DNA of 64,000 bases from an uncultured delta proteobacterium. GTDB lineage: Bacteria; Myxococcota; Myxococcia; Myxococcales; Myxococcaceae. The stretch is taken from NCBI GenBank assembly GCA_963771175.1, contig CAVYSY010000044.1, positions 1 to 64,000 on the forward strand. The letters are read 5' to 3'. Below the pieces are notes generated by a model. It was not told the DNA's origin. It worked only from the letters and a program-made list of their open reading frames with translations, and did no database searches. Both the position numbers and the translations under genes were made by a program. How positions within the stretch are numbered: the first letter of the stretch is position 1; each line of letters starts with the position of its first letter. Shown here in pieces: positions 10,547 through 24,072 of this stretch.

Positions 10547-11597
10547 GGACGAACTCGAAGACACCGGGCCCCTCCAGCGCCACCGACTCGCCCCGCACCC
10601 GCCCGTGCAGCGACACCGGGCCCAGCACCTCGTGGATGGTGGTGAGTCGCTCCAGCGAGCCCTCCGCCGGCAGCAGCAGTCGCGCGGCCTGCCCGGGCAC
10701 GAAGGAGAGCCGCAGCTCATCCCCTCGCCCTCGCGCGCACACCTCCAGCCGCCGGGGCAGGTCCGCCGCCGAGCCCGGAGCCAGCAGGGCCAGGGGACGC
10801 GGCAGGCTGAAGGAGCGCCCGGGCTGGAAGCAACAGGGCGCCGAGAAGTGCAGCTCCTCGTCGCGGAAGACACGCAACGGCTCACCTCCGTACCAGAGGA
10901 AGAGAGCCTGGTAGCGCGCGGCGGTGCGGCCCCGGTCCGCCATGCGCACCAGCACCGCGCTCCACGGGCTGGACGCATGCCCCGGCAGCACCGAGCCCCA
11001 CTCCCAGCTGAAGTCATCCCCCCAGCGGAAGTGGCCCCAGTTGTGGTCATGGTAGGCCGACGCCCCCTCCACGCGCACCGTCCGCCCTCCCACGGTGAGG
11101 GTGCCCCTCGCCTCCAGGCGCGGGAGGAAGAGCCACGAGATGGGACGCCGGGGCGCGAGCAGGTGCTGGGACGAGAGCACCGGGAGCGTGAGGGGAACGA
11201 GCTCCAGCTCGGCCGAGACGGGACGCTCGCGCAACGCCATCGACAGCCGCCAGACCCCATCCTCGAAGCGCAGCGTGTTGCGGCCGAAGCGGGCCTCCAG
11301 CCTCCCCGCCTCCACCCGTACCTCGTGCTCCTCGAAGCGCTCCACGTCTCCCTCCCAGCCCTCACCGTGCGCCAGGACGATGAGGCGGGCGACCTCCGCC
11401 GGCAGCAGCCGCCCCGGCTGGCTCTCGTCCACGAGGCTGAAGTTGACGAGCAGGTCCACCCCCTCGGCGTGGACGATGAAGTGCTGCCACTCCTTGTGCT
11501 CCCCCCGCCCGCCCAGGCGCGAGGGCGAGCGCCGGAAGTAGTCGGTGCCCGCCAGCATCGCGGCGAGGCGCTTCGGGTCGGGCCGGGGAGGAATCAT
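10539..11597 (-). CDS. AttH/CrtC (carotenoid hydratase)/tocopherol cyclase-like beta-barrel enzyme
   Basis: KEWQHF, AYHDHNWG, WEWG motifs. Confidence 0.65.
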   Translation of the reverse strand: MIPPRPDPKRLAAMLAGTDYFRRSPSRLGGRGEHKEWQHFIVHAEGVDLLVNFSLVDESQPGRLLPAEVARLIVLAHGEGWEGDVERFEEHEVRVEAGRLEARFGRNTLRFEDGVWRLSMALRERPVSAELELVPLTLPVLSSQHLLAPRRPISWLFLPRLEARGTLTVGGRTVRVEGASAYHDHNWGHFRWGDDFSWEWGSVLPGHASSPWSAVLVRMADRGRTAARYQALFLWYGGEPLRVFRDEELHFSAPCCFQPGRSFSLPRPLALLAPGSAADLPRRLEVCARGRGDELRLSFVPGQAARLLLPAEGSLERLTTIHEVLGPVSLHGRVRGESVALEGPGVFEFVRG

Positions 11598-11616
11598 GCG
11601 GCTCGGTGCGGAAGGC

Positions 11617-11934
11617 TCAGCGCAGCAGCTCGCGCGGCGACGGCGGCTCCACCCGCATCTCCGAGGCGCCCGTGCTCGAGGAAGGCGTGTGCGTGGCCCG
11701 CAGGGGCTCGAGGTGGCCCAGCACCGTGCGGCGCATCGAGACCAGCCCCAGCAACAGCAACACCAGCCGCTCGTCTCCCTCCCGGGGAGCATCGGCTGGC
11801 GGCTCGGGAGCGCCCTCCATGGGCCGAGGCAGCAGGCGCTCGAAACGGTGCGACAGCGAGACGAGCCCCAGCAGCAGGTGCAGGAAGGCATCGTGCTCGT
11901 CGAACCCGCCGCGCAGCTCCTCAAGGAGCGCCAT
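11617..11934 (-). CDS. Hypothetical protein
   Basis: Overlaps upstream gene; internal repeat LLLGLVS x2. Confidence 0.6.
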   Translation of the reverse strand: MALLEELRGGFDEHDAFLHLLLGLVSLSHRFERLLPRPMEGAPEPPADAPREGDERLVLLLLGLVSMRRTVLGHLEPLRATHTPSSSTGASEMRVEPPSPRELLR

Positions 11935-12415
11935 GGAGGTCTCCCCTCGCGTCCCGCAGCCGGCGCACCAGGGTCTCCAGCTCGGACGAGGAGGCCGCCT
12001 GGAAGAGGGCCTCCAGGTACGTGGAAGGCACCACCGTGGACGCGTCCTCCTCCAGGAGGTTGAGCGCGAGCGCATCCCACAACTGGCGGCCATCGCGCAC
12101 CAGCTCCGAGCCGGCCAGCGCGCTCTTCCAGGCCGCCCCCTCGGGCGTGGTGGCGAAGCGCCGGCCCTCGGCCACGAGCGCGGAGAAGGCCGCCTGCGCC
12201 GCCAGGGGATGCTGGAGCAACAGGCCACGCAGCCGCCGCAGCACCCCCAGCAGCGCGTCGCCCCCGGAGTCCTCCGCCGCGCCCGGCTCCGTTCGCTCCA
12301 CGGGAGGGCTCACGTGCTCGACGAGGAGCTGCTGGATGCGACGCAACTCCTCGAACAGCAAGGACTGAGAGCGCAGGAAGTCGAAGAGGGGAGGCGGAGC
12401 GCCGGAGTCGGCCAT
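11921..12415 (-). CDS. Hypothetical protein
   Basis: TGATG coupling with polyprenyl synthase stop; helical sequence. Confidence 0.7.
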   Translation of the reverse strand: MADSGAPPPLFDFLRSQSLLFEELRRIQQLLVEHVSPPVERTEPGAAEDSGGDALLGVLRRLRGLLLQHPLAAQAAFSALVAEGRRFATTPEGAAWKSALAGSELVRDGRQLWDALALNLLEEDASTVVPSTYLEALFQAASSSELETLVRRLRDARGDLHGAP

Positions 12416-13596
12416 CACTTCACACGCTGGAGAACGTAGGTGAGCAGCGCTTGTAACAGGTCGCGATGCGCCGACGGAAGGAGCCAGCCGCCGCACTCGG
12501 CGAAGGCCTGCTCGGCCCGACGCAGCCACTCCCGCGCCACCTGGCGGGCGTACTCCAGACTGCCGTGACGGTGGATGAGCTCCAGCAGGAAGCGCACCTG
12601 CTCCGGCGTCTTCTCCTCCACGGGCGGGGAGGACGAGGTCCACGCGCCACGGAGCCGCTCCCGGCCCGAGGGCGTGAGCTCCCCCTCCGCCACGAGCCGT
12701 TCCAGCAGGGGCTCCAGCGTGGAGCCCGACGCGGGCGATGGAGCGGAGCCCGGGCGAGGCAGGGAGAGGATGCGCTCGGCCTCGGCGCGCTCCTCCGGGC
12801 GGACGTGGCGCATCATGTGCAGCATCATGAGGGTGCGCTTGCCCTCCCACAGGTCCCCGCCAATCTCCTTCCCATACGCCCCCAGCTCTCCGCTCAGGTT
12901 GAGCACGTCATCCTGTATCTGGAAGGCGATTCCCAGACAGCGGGCGAACTCCGCCAGCACCCCGGTGCGCCGCGCGTCCTGCCGGGCGGCGATGGCACCG
13001 AGCGTCACGGGGGTGATGAAGCTGTACCAGCACGTCTTCTGCTCCACCATGCGGACGTAGTCCTCGTCCTCCAGCGCCCATGTGCCGCGGCGGATCCACT
13101 CCAGCTCCAGCGCCTGCCCCTCTGCGGACTCACGAGCCATGCGCGTCACGGCCTGGAGGATGCGCAGCGAGGGCCCCAGGCCGATGAAGCCGATGTTGTC
13201 CAGCAGCGGCTGGAGGGACAGGGCCAGCATGGCATCGCCCACGTTGATGGCCACCGGCACGCCATGCAGGTGGTGCAGCGTGGGACGGCCCCGGCGCAGC
13301 AGGGACTCGTCCTCGATGTCGTCGTGGATGAGGAAGGCGTTGTGGTACAGCTCGAGCGCCGCCGCCGGACGCAGCGCCGCCTCCAGCGGCCCGCCCAGCG
13401 CCCGGCAGGTGGCGATGCAGAGCGCGGGCCTCAGCCCCTTGGCCTCACGCAGGGGGTACTCCAGCATCAGCTCGTAGAGAAAGGCGGCCCGCGGGCGATC
13501 CACGGGCACCAACCGGCGGATTTCCTCGACCACGAGAGCGCGGCACTCTTCGAGGTAGCCAGTCAGCAAGGTGCTGGCGCTGAGTGTGTCGGGCAC
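12415..13596 (-). CDS. Polyprenyl diphosphate synthase (trans-isoprenyl diphosphate synthase)
   Basis: KGLRP, IHDDIED..LRRG, GQALEL, KT, FQIQDDVLN, DLWEGKRT; GTG start uncertain. Confidence 0.92.
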   Translation of the reverse strand: MPDTLSASTLLTGYLEECRALVVEEIRRLVPVDRPRAAFLYELMLEYPLREAKGLRPALCIATCRALGGPLEAALRPAAALELYHNAFLIHDDIEDESLLRRGRPTLHHLHGVPVAINVGDAMLALSLQPLLDNIGFIGLGPSLRILQAVTRMARESAEGQALELEWIRRGTWALEDEDYVRMVEQKTCWYSFITPVTLGAIAARQDARRTGVLAEFARCLGIAFQIQDDVLNLSGELGAYGKEIGGDLWEGKRTLMMLHMMRHVRPEERAEAERILSLPRPGSAPSPASGSTLEPLLERLVAEGELTPSGRERLRGAWTSSSPPVEEKTPEQVRFLLELIHRHGSLEYARQVAREWLRRAEQAFAECGGWLLPSAHRDLLQALLTYVLQRVK

Positions 13597-13651
13597 CGAA
13601 GAGAGGCTACCATGGGGACCCCCCCGAGCTTCCGACGGCACTTCACGCACC

Positions 13652-14558
13652 ATGGGAATTCTCGAGCAGACGGAGAGCAAGCGCAGGTTCTCACTCGGCA
13701 GCAGGTGTCTGCTGGGGCGCCATCCCGCGTGTGACATCACGCTGGAGGATGCGCGAGTCTCCGGCGAACATGCCAGCCTGCACTGGCGGGGAGATGGCTG
13801 GGAGCTGCGAGACCTGGGCAGCCGCAACGGCACCTTCCTCGGGGGGCGAAAGCTGGGCTCCGGGGAGCGGGTGGCGCTGGAAGCGGGACAGTGCTTCGTG
13901 CTCTGCCCCGGGGGCATGTGCTTCCAGCTGGTGGACCCCGGCCCTCCGGCGGCACGGGCCCGTCAGGTGGTCCGTCAGGAGGTCCGCGAGCTCTCGGGCT
14001 CCCTGCTCGTCCTGCCCGACGACGAGGCGCCCCTGGCCAGTCTCTTCCGGGATGCGAGCGGGCGCTGGGTGCTCGAGTCCGCGCATGAGCAACGGTACGT
14101 GGTCGACCAGGAACGGCTGCGGCTGGGGGAGGAGGAGTGGCTCCTGGAGCTCCCCCACGGTCACGACGGAGACGCTAGAAGGGGAGCTGCTCTGCCTGGA
14201 TGGGGTCCACCTGAAGATTGGCGTCAGTCGCGACGAGGAGCATGTGGTGGTGACGGTCGTGCACGGCAACCAGCACCAGGTGCTGTCGCCCCGCTCCTAC
14301 CACTACCTGCTGGCGACGCTGGCACGGCTGCGGCTGAAGGACCGTGGGCTGCCGGAGTCCGAGCAGGGCTGGGTGGACCGGGAGACGCTGTGCCGGATGC
14401 TGGCGACAGATGACAACAAACTGAACGTGGACATCCACCGCGCGCGCAAGCAGCTCAGCACCCTGAGCATCCAGGACGCCGCGAGGGTGGTGGAGCGGAG
14501 ACCAGGAACCGGGCTGGTGCGGCTCGGCATCCAGAGCGTGGAGGTCTTCACCCTCTGA
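13652..14558 (+). CDS. FHA domain protein with C-terminal winged-helix-like domain, frameshift at ~14155
   Basis: LGRH..VSGEHA..DLGSRNGT; C-terminus LNVDIHRARKQL..VERRPG continues in another frame after a C5 run. Confidence 0.82.
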
Positions 14559-14592
14559 GCACGCGCGCGGCCCTGGAGTACGCTCGCGCCCC

Positions 14593-16206
14593 ATGAGCAC
14601 TCGCGCGACGAGCATCTGGGGTTGGGGTTACGCGGACAAGTTCCCCGACATCGAGGCACGGCGCTCCCTCGCGGAACAGGTCTCCGCACTCCTCGGCGGG
14701 CCCGCACTGGAGCCCCGCGAGCCCACTCCGCTCGACGCACTGCGGCTCCCTCGCCCCCGTGTGGCTCCGCCCGAGTCCCTCGCGGCCCTGTGCTCGGCCG
14801 AGGACGCGGATCGTGCCGCGCATACCTATGGCAAGGGCTACGGGGACCTCGTGCGCGGCTTCCACGGGGACTTCTCCCCGGCTCCCGACTTCGTCGCCCA
14901 TCCCCGCTCCGAGGACGAGGTGCGCGCCGTGATGGACTGGTGCGGCGACAACCGCGTGGCTCTCATTCCCTTCGGTGGAGGCACCAGCGTCGTGCGCGGC
15001 GTGGAGGCCGCCATCGGCAATGGTTTTCAAGGTGCCGTGTCCCTCGACATGCGCCGCATGGATCGCGTCGTCGAGGTGGACCCCGTCTCGCGCGCCGCTC
15101 GCATCCAGGCGGGCGCCACCGGCCCCGTGCTCGAGGCGCAGCTCGCCTCCCACGGCTTCACCCTGCGCCACTTCCCGCAGTCCTTCGAGTTCTCCACCCT
15201 CGGCGGGTGGATCGCCACGCGCGCCGGTGGCCACTTCGCCACGCTCTACACGCACATCGACGACCTGGTGCAGTCCACCCGCATGCTCACCCCGCGCGGC
15301 GTCCACGAGACGCGCCGCCTGCCCGCCTCCGGTGCGGGCCCCTCGCCGGACAGGCTCGTGCTCGGCTCCGAGGGCACGCTCGGCGTCATCACCGAAGCCT
15401 GGGTGCGCCTTCAGTCACGCCCTCGTTTCCGCGCCAGCGCCAGCGTCCACTTCGCCGACTTCGCCGCCGCCGTGCGCGCCGTCCGCGAGCTCTCACAGTC
15501 CGGCCTGCACCCCTCCAACTGCCGCCTGCTCGACGCGCAGGAGTCCTTCCTCAACGGTGTCGCGGGCGATGGCTCAAGCGTGCTCGTGCTCGCCTTCGAG
15601 TCCGCCGACCACCCGCTGCACGCGTGGATGGAGCGTGCGCTCGCCATCACCGCCTCGCACGGTGGCGAGTGCCGCGAGGGGGCCCGCTACCGCGCCGATG
15701 AGCCCGGAGCCCAGGCGCGCTCCGGTGGGGCCGCCGAGAGCTGGCGCTCGGCCTTCATCGAGGCCCCGTACCTGCAGAACGTCATGGTGAGCCTCGGCGT
15801 CATCGCCGACACCTTCGAGACCGCCTGCACGTGGGACCGGTTCGACTCGCTCCACGGTGCCATCCTGGAGGGCATGCGCGACGCCCTGGAGCGCGTCTGC
15901 GGTGGTGGGCTCGTGAGCTGCCGTTTCACCCACGTCTACCCGGACGGGCCCGCGCCCTATTACACGTTCATCGGCCCGGCGAGGCCCGGTGGCCAGTTGG
16001 AGCAGTGGATGGAGCTCAAGCGCGCCGCCAGCGAGGCCATCAGCTCGCATGGCGGCACCATCACGCACCACCACGCCGTGGGTCGACTGCACCGCCCCTG
16101 GTACGACCGCGAGCGCCCCGAGCCCTTCGCCCTCGCGCTCGAGGCCGTGAAGAGAGCGCTCGACCCCCAGGGGATTCTCAACCCGGGCGTGCTCATCGGG
16201 CCCTGA
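14593..16206 (+). CDS. FAD-linked oxidase, alkyl-DHAP synthase-like
   Basis: PFGGGTSV, HFPQSFEFSTLGGWIATR, GSEGTLG, HHHAVG, LNPG. Confidence 0.9.
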   Translation: MSTRATSIWGWGYADKFPDIEARRSLAEQVSALLGGPALEPREPTPLDALRLPRPRVAPPESLAALCSAEDADRAAHTYGKGYGDLVRGFHGDFSPAPDFVAHPRSEDEVRAVMDWCGDNRVALIPFGGGTSVVRGVEAAIGNGFQGAVSLDMRRMDRVVEVDPVSRAARIQAGATGPVLEAQLASHGFTLRHFPQSFEFSTLGGWIATRAGGHFATLYTHIDDLVQSTRMLTPRGVHETRRLPASGAGPSPDRLVLGSEGTLGVITEAWVRLQSRPRFRASASVHFADFAAAVRAVRELSQSGLHPSNCRLLDAQESFLNGVAGDGSSVLVLAFESADHPLHAWMERALAITASHGGECREGARYRADEPGAQARSGGAAESWRSAFIEAPYLQNVMVSLGVIADTFETACTWDRFDSLHGAILEGMRDALERVCGGGLVSCRFTHVYPDGPAPYYTFIGPARPGGQLEQWMELKRAASEAISSHGGTITHHHAVGRLHRPWYDRERPEPFALALEAVKRALDPQGILNPGVLIGP

Positions 16207-16219
16207 GGGAGGGACCCGC

Positions 16220-16597
16220 TCACTCTTCGTAGATGACCTCGACGGGCTCACCTCTGATGAAGGACTCCAGCCTCTCCCGGCTGGAGACAGTGAAGGCATT
16301 GTAGGTCGCCTCCATGCCATCCTCGAGCTGCTCGTTGTCCCCGGTACGGCTCTTGAGCGAGGGGGCACAGGTGAGGATCTTCCGGATGCCTCCGTATACC
16401 TGTCTCGCTGGCTTGCCGTTCCAGGTCAGAGTGTCGTCGTCTCCTTCCTCCAGCTTGCCAAAATATTCCGCTTTGCGACGAGCCTCGGCCCCATTGGGGG
16501 CCTCGATCAGGTAGACGTTCTCCCAGATGTAGAACTCGTCCTGCGGCTCGTCCTTGAGCTGGAAGTACATGACGACACTGGCCGCGTACCATCCCAT
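16220..16597 (-). CDS. DUF4288-like small acidic protein
   Basis: WYAA...WENVYLIEA..AEARRKA...GIRKI pattern. Confidence 0.65.
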   Translation of the reverse strand: MGWYAASVVMYFQLKDEPQDEFYIWENVYLIEAPNGAEARRKAEYFGKLEEGDDDTLTWNGKPARQVYGGIRKILTCAPSLKSRTGDNEQLEDGMEATYNAFTVSSRERLESFIRGEPVEVIYEE

Positions 16598-16624
16598 TGT
16601 CCGCTCCTCCCCGATCAAAAGACA

Positions 16625-17160
16625 TCACAGGCCAGCCATCACTCCGCCGTCCACTGTCATCACGCAGCCGTTCACATACGAGGCGCCGTCCGACAGCAGC
16701 CCATCGGCGTCCCCGACAGCCCGTTGATCGACGAGACGTTCACCATCGCCCCGCCCCCCGCCTTCACCATCTCCGGAATCTCATACTTCATGCACAGCCA
16801 CACGCCCTTCAGGTCCACCCCGAGCACCCGGTCGAACTCCTCCTCGGACAGCTCCGTCAGTGGCGCCAGTCGCATGTCCCCCAGCGCGGCGTTGTTCACC
16901 GCCAGATCCACCCGGTCCCACTTCCCCACCACCGTCTCCACCATCCGCCGCACGTCCTCCCCTCGCCCCATGTCCGCCTGGATGTAGAGCGCCTCCACTC
17001 CCTCCTCGCGCAGCGCCCGCTCCGCCGCCTCGCCGCGCTCCTTCGTCCGGCCCGCGATCGCCACCCGTGCTCCCGCTCGCCCCAGCTCCCGCGCCGCCGC
17101 GAGTCCAATGCCCGAGCTGCCCCCCGTCACGAGTGCCACCTTGCCAACGATTCCCTGCAT
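16625..17160 (-). pseudogene. SDR oxidoreductase with internal deletion
   Basis: TGGSSGIG, NNA, NVSS then out-of-frame jump at ~16700 to LLSDGASYVNGCVMTVDGG; YxxxK region missing. Confidence 0.85.
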
Positions 17161-17387
17161 GAGTTCTGCCCCCCTGGGTCCACTGAGAGTGGCCCGCCCA
17201 CCTCTCCTCCTCCCTCCGCAGTCCCTCCCGTCTGTCTGCTAGCGGGCAGAACACCGCGAACACTGCACACGGGATGAATCATTACAGCCACCCTCCCTCC
17301 CGATCACCCGACGGACAGGGGACAATGGCCTCGCCGTCATGCTCCCGCGGGGGGACATGTCCGGGGTGACGTTCCAGGGGGCCACCC

Positions 17388-19280
<1,893 letters not shown>

Positions 19281-19327
19281 CTCCCGGCGCGGCGCGACCC
19301 CGTCCGTGCTAACTCTCCCGGGCCCCC

Positions 19328-20041
19328 ATGTCCTCCACCGCCTCCGAGCCCCAGCCCTCCACCGTGCCTCCCCAGGTACGGCGCGTGGCCCTGCACGCCG
19401 TGGCCTCCGGCCTCACCCCCCTCATCCCCGTCCCCTTCCTCGACGAGTACGCCCTGCGCCGCGTGCGCGAGCAGATGGTGCGCGCCCTCCTCCGCGAGCG
19501 CTCGCTGTCCACGACGGACCGGACGGTGGCGGTGCTCGCCGGCCTCTACCCGCGCCACGGCAGCCGCGTGCAGCAGTTCGCCAGCAAGGCCGCGCTCTTC
19601 TCCCTGCGGCTCACCTGGCGCAAGGCCTACCGGCGCCTGGCCACGGCCCTCTGGGTGAAGGACTGCGCGGACATGGCCTCGCTCTCCCTCCACCACGGCT
19701 ACCTCCTGCAGCACGCGCTGGAGCGGGGAGACCTCACCGCGAGCACCCTCACCGAGGACACCGCCCGCCGCGTCCACTCCGCCATCGACGCCGCCTGCAA
19801 GGAGCTGGACGCACGCCCGGTGAACCAGGTGCTGCGCCGCCTCTTCGCCGGCAGCCGGCTGCTGCTCGACGAGCTCACCAAGGCCCTGGAGCTGTGGAAT
19901 GGCGCCCCCCGCACGCCCTCCCAGGGCGAGGAGCAGGAGGTGGACTCCCTCGCCGAACGGCTCGCCGCCGCCATGTGGGAGGAGCGCGGCTACTTCCAGT
20001 CCCTCGAGTCCCTCTACGTGAAGCACCTCCGGGCCCGCTGA
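19328..20041 (+). CDS. Hypothetical protein
   Basis: Clean ORF with GC3 bias; PLIPVPFLD motif. Confidence 0.75.
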   Translation: MSSTASEPQPSTVPPQVRRVALHAVASGLTPLIPVPFLDEYALRRVREQMVRALLRERSLSTTDRTVAVLAGLYPRHGSRVQQFASKAALFSLRLTWRKAYRRLATALWVKDCADMASLSLHHGYLLQHALERGDLTASTLTEDTARRVHSAIDAACKELDARPVNQVLRRLFAGSRLLLDELTKALELWNGAPRTPSQGEEQEVDSLAERLAAAMWEERGYFQSLESLYVKHLRAR

Positions 20042-20128
20042 GGCGGTGGAAATCCCTTACGGACCGCCCCGCCCCCTCCGGCATAGACTCCCAGGTGACA
20101 CCATGGGTTGCCCTACCTGGGGGGATGC

Positions 20129-20974
20129 ATGTCCGACCTCTTCGATGCCGTCCGCCGCGGAGACACCGCCGCGGTGGAGTCCCTGCTGGACGCGAACCCG
20201 AAGGCGCTCAGCCGCGGAGATGCCCAGGGCATGACGGCCCTGCTGTGGGCCGCCTTCCATGGACATGCGGAGCTGGTGCGCTGGTTGCTCGCGCGTGGCG
20301 CGGACGCGACGGTGAAGGACCCACGAGGCGCCACCGCGCTGATGCTCGCGGCCGAGCGCGGTCACCTCGAAGCGGTGCGTGTCCTGGTGCCCCTGGCGGG
20401 CCCGGACGAGCGCGGCGAGGCGCTGCGGCACGCGGTGGGCGCGGGCCGGACGGAGCTGACGTACTACCTGCTGGACGAGGCGGGCGCGGCGCTCGAGTAC
20501 GGCGGGACGGACGGCAAGACGCCCCTCACCTGCGCCACCCTCTCGGGCCACGGCGCGCTGGCCGGGGAGCTGCTGCGCCGGGGCGCGAACGTGGAGGCGC
20601 GCAGCTCCACCTTCCTGCCCTTGGAGAACCGCGAGGAGTCCGGCTGGCACCCGCTGCACTACGCGGCGGACCGGAGACACCCGCTGCTGGTGCAGCTCCT
20701 GCTCGACGCCGGGGCCCGGCCGGACGCGGAGACCCCCGAGGGCACCACGCCGCTGATGCTCGCGGTGCGCAGGGGAGACGAGGACGTCGTCCGCCTCCTG
20801 CTGCGGGCCGGGGCGGATCCGCTGCGGCAGAACGCGCGCCACGCCTCCGCCCTGTCCCTGGCGCGCATGCACGGCAAGCGGGGCCTCACCCGGCTGCTGG
20901 AGACGCGCATCCACGACTGGCCGCTCGCGCCAGTGCTGCCCTTCCCGCAGCGCCCGCGCGGCGGCCCGAGCTGA
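20129..20974 (+). CDS. Ankyrin repeat protein
   Basis: Repeated G.TAL..AA..GH.ELV..LL..GAD units. Confidence 0.92.
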   Translation: MSDLFDAVRRGDTAAVESLLDANPKALSRGDAQGMTALLWAAFHGHAELVRWLLARGADATVKDPRGATALMLAAERGHLEAVRVLVPLAGPDERGEALRHAVGAGRTELTYYLLDEAGAALEYGGTDGKTPLTCATLSGHGALAGELLRRGANVEARSSTFLPLENREESGWHPLHYAADRRHPLLVQLLLDAGARPDAETPEGTTPLMLAVRRGDEDVVRLLLRAGADPLRQNARHASALSLARMHGKRGLTRLLETRIHDWPLAPVLPFPQRPRGGPS

Positions 20975-20996
20975 GCCCCCTCACTGCGTCATACCG

Positions 20997-21587
20997 TCAG
21001 TGCAGCAGCGGCCCCGCTCCGCCCTGGCCCGCGTCCGAGCCGCCCTGGATGCGCGTCACCGCTTGCTTGAAGCTCGCCATGTACCGGCGCAGCCGCGGGC
21101 TCATCTCCACCCCGGGGCTGTCGTAGCGCGCCAGGCACAGCGTCACCGCCCGCCCTCGCACCGCGTTCTCCCCCGGCTCCAGCGGCGCCTCCCGCTGCGC
21201 GTTCCCGAACACCAGCCAGTCCAGCTTCCACAGCCCTTCCAGCTGCTTGTCGAAGTGCGCCTCCATCTCCTCGCGCAGCCCCTCGGGCAGCCCCCGCACG
21301 TCGCTGTACTCCGCGCAGTCGCGCAGGAAGCCGTCCACCACCGCGTCCTCCTCGGGGTGCTCGGTCAGCTCCTGCGAGAAGGACAGCGCCATCGCCCCCT
21401 CCAGCAGCCGCGCGAGCTCCTCCCCGCACGTCACCAGCGCGAGCCGCGGTTCATCCTCCGCCAGCTCCACGCCCTCCTGGCGCAGGAAGGCCTTCCCCGC
21501 CAGCGTGTCGAGTCTCAACCTGATCGCCACGTTCCCCTCCCGGAACCGCGGCCAGAGTACCGGGGCCTTCGCCTCCGTGGCAGGCAT
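20997..21587 (-). CDS. Hypothetical protein
   Basis: GC3-biased 3' part of long ORF; start uncertain. Confidence 0.65.
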   Translation of the reverse strand: MPATEAKAPVLWPRFREGNVAIRLRLDTLAGKAFLRQEGVELAEDEPRLALVTCGEELARLLEGAMALSFSQELTEHPEEDAVVDGFLRDCAEYSDVRGLPEGLREEMEAHFDKQLEGLWKLDWLVFGNAQREAPLEPGENAVRGRAVTLCLARYDSPGVEMSPRLRRYMASFKQAVTRIQGGSDAGQGGAGPLLH

Positions 21588-21668
21588 TTCCCGATGTGAG
21601 GAAACTTCTTCCCGGCACTTACGAAAATGGAAGCAGGTTTTCCCACTTCCAAAAAACGAGCGCCCCCC

Positions 21669-22595
21669 ATGGTCTCCATCTCCCGCTCCACCGCACTCGC
21701 ACCGCGCGTCGCAGCCTCCTCCGCGCCTCCCACGCTCCGCGTGGACTCTCGCGGGCCCTCCGTGGTGACGCTGCAGAAGAAGCTGAAGGCCGCGGGCTTC
21801 GACCCCGGTGCCGCCGATGGCTCCTTCGGTCCCAAGACGCTCGCCGCCGTGAAGGCCTTCCAGAAGGCGCGTGGCCTCGCCGTCGACGGCGTGGTGGGCC
21901 CCAAGACCTGGAGCACCCTCAACGCGGCCACCGCCCCCAAGCCCCCGGCCCCCGCGTCCTCGGGTGGCTCGGGGCCCACCCTGCGCGTCGGCGCCCGCGG
22001 CGAGCCCGTGCGCGCCCTGCAGAACCGCCTCAACGCGCTCGGCTACAAGGTCGGCACCGCCGATGGGGACTTCGGTCCCAAGACGCTCGCCGCCGTGAAG
22101 TCCTTCCAGAAGGCCAAGGGCCTCACCGCCGATGGCGTCGTGGGCCCCAAGACGTGGGACAAGCTCGGCATCAAGGTGCAGGCCCCGTCCACGCCCCCCT
22201 CCAGCGGCGGCCGCGTCGTCACCGGCTACGTCCACGGCGTGCCCCGTCAAATCACCCTCGCCTCCATCCCCGGCGGCAAGCAGATGCGCTCGGACGCCGC
22301 CGCCGCCTTCAACCGCATGCACGCCGCCGCGAGCCGCGCCGGCATCAACCTCCCCGTCGTCAGCGGCTTCCGCACCATGGAGCAGCAGCGCGACCTCTAC
22401 CGGAAGTACCTCAACGGCACCGGCAACCTCGCCGCCAAGCCCGGCTACTCCAACCACCAGGGCGGCATCGCCGTGGACGTCACCGTGGGCAGCACCAGCT
22501 CCTCCACCTATAAGTGGCTGGCCTCCCACGCCAAGGAGTTCGGCTTCGTCCGCACCGTCCCCTCCGAGCCCTGGCACTGGGAGTTCCGCCCCTGA
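21669..22595 (+). CDS. Peptidoglycan-binding (2x PG_binding_1) M15 D,D-carboxypeptidase
   Basis: Two DG.FGPKT..AVK.FQ...GL.ADGVVGPKTW repeats; SGFR, SNHQGGIAVD, EPWHW. Confidence 0.92.
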   Translation: MVSISRSTALAPRVAASSAPPTLRVDSRGPSVVTLQKKLKAAGFDPGAADGSFGPKTLAAVKAFQKARGLAVDGVVGPKTWSTLNAATAPKPPAPASSGGSGPTLRVGARGEPVRALQNRLNALGYKVGTADGDFGPKTLAAVKSFQKAKGLTADGVVGPKTWDKLGIKVQAPSTPPSSGGRVVTGYVHGVPRQITLASIPGGKQMRSDAAAAFNRMHAAASRAGINLPVVSGFRTMEQQRDLYRKYLNGTGNLAAKPGYSNHQGGIAVDVTVGSTSSSTYKWLASHAKEFGFVRTVPSEPWHWEFRP

Positions 22596-22623
22596 CCGGC
22601 GTTGTCTGAAAACGCGGCACTTC

Positions 22624-22672
22624 CTGTCCTTTCCCAGGACAGTTGGGGGGTTGCATCGCAACCCCCCGGTTT
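22624..22672 (+). terminator. Two adjacent hairpins after the peptidase gene, possible terminator
   Basis: CTGTCCT/AGGACAG stem and GGGGGGTTGC-ATC-GCAACCCCCC 10 bp stem followed by GGTTT. Confidence 0.4.
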
Positions 22673-22955
22673 CACGGGATTCTCACCCGCTGGGAAGACC
22701 CGGAGCTGACACGGCCCGAGATTGACTGGAGCATCAATGCTCCACTTCTCCCATGTGACGCGATGCGTCGTCCTCGGAGCGGTGACGCAACGGGTCTGGC
22801 GCGAGCCTTGCTGTGATTGCACGGAACACTCGGGGACAACTCGAAACACCCGACGTCCCGTTCTCTCACGTCCCCGAGGCACGCCGCTCCATCGCATCCC
22901 CTCATCCCACCGCCCTGACCGGACGTCGTCCGGCAGGGACCCCCCAGGAGTCCCC

Positions 22956-24062
<1,107 letters not shown>

Positions 24063-24072
24063 AGCACGCCCC

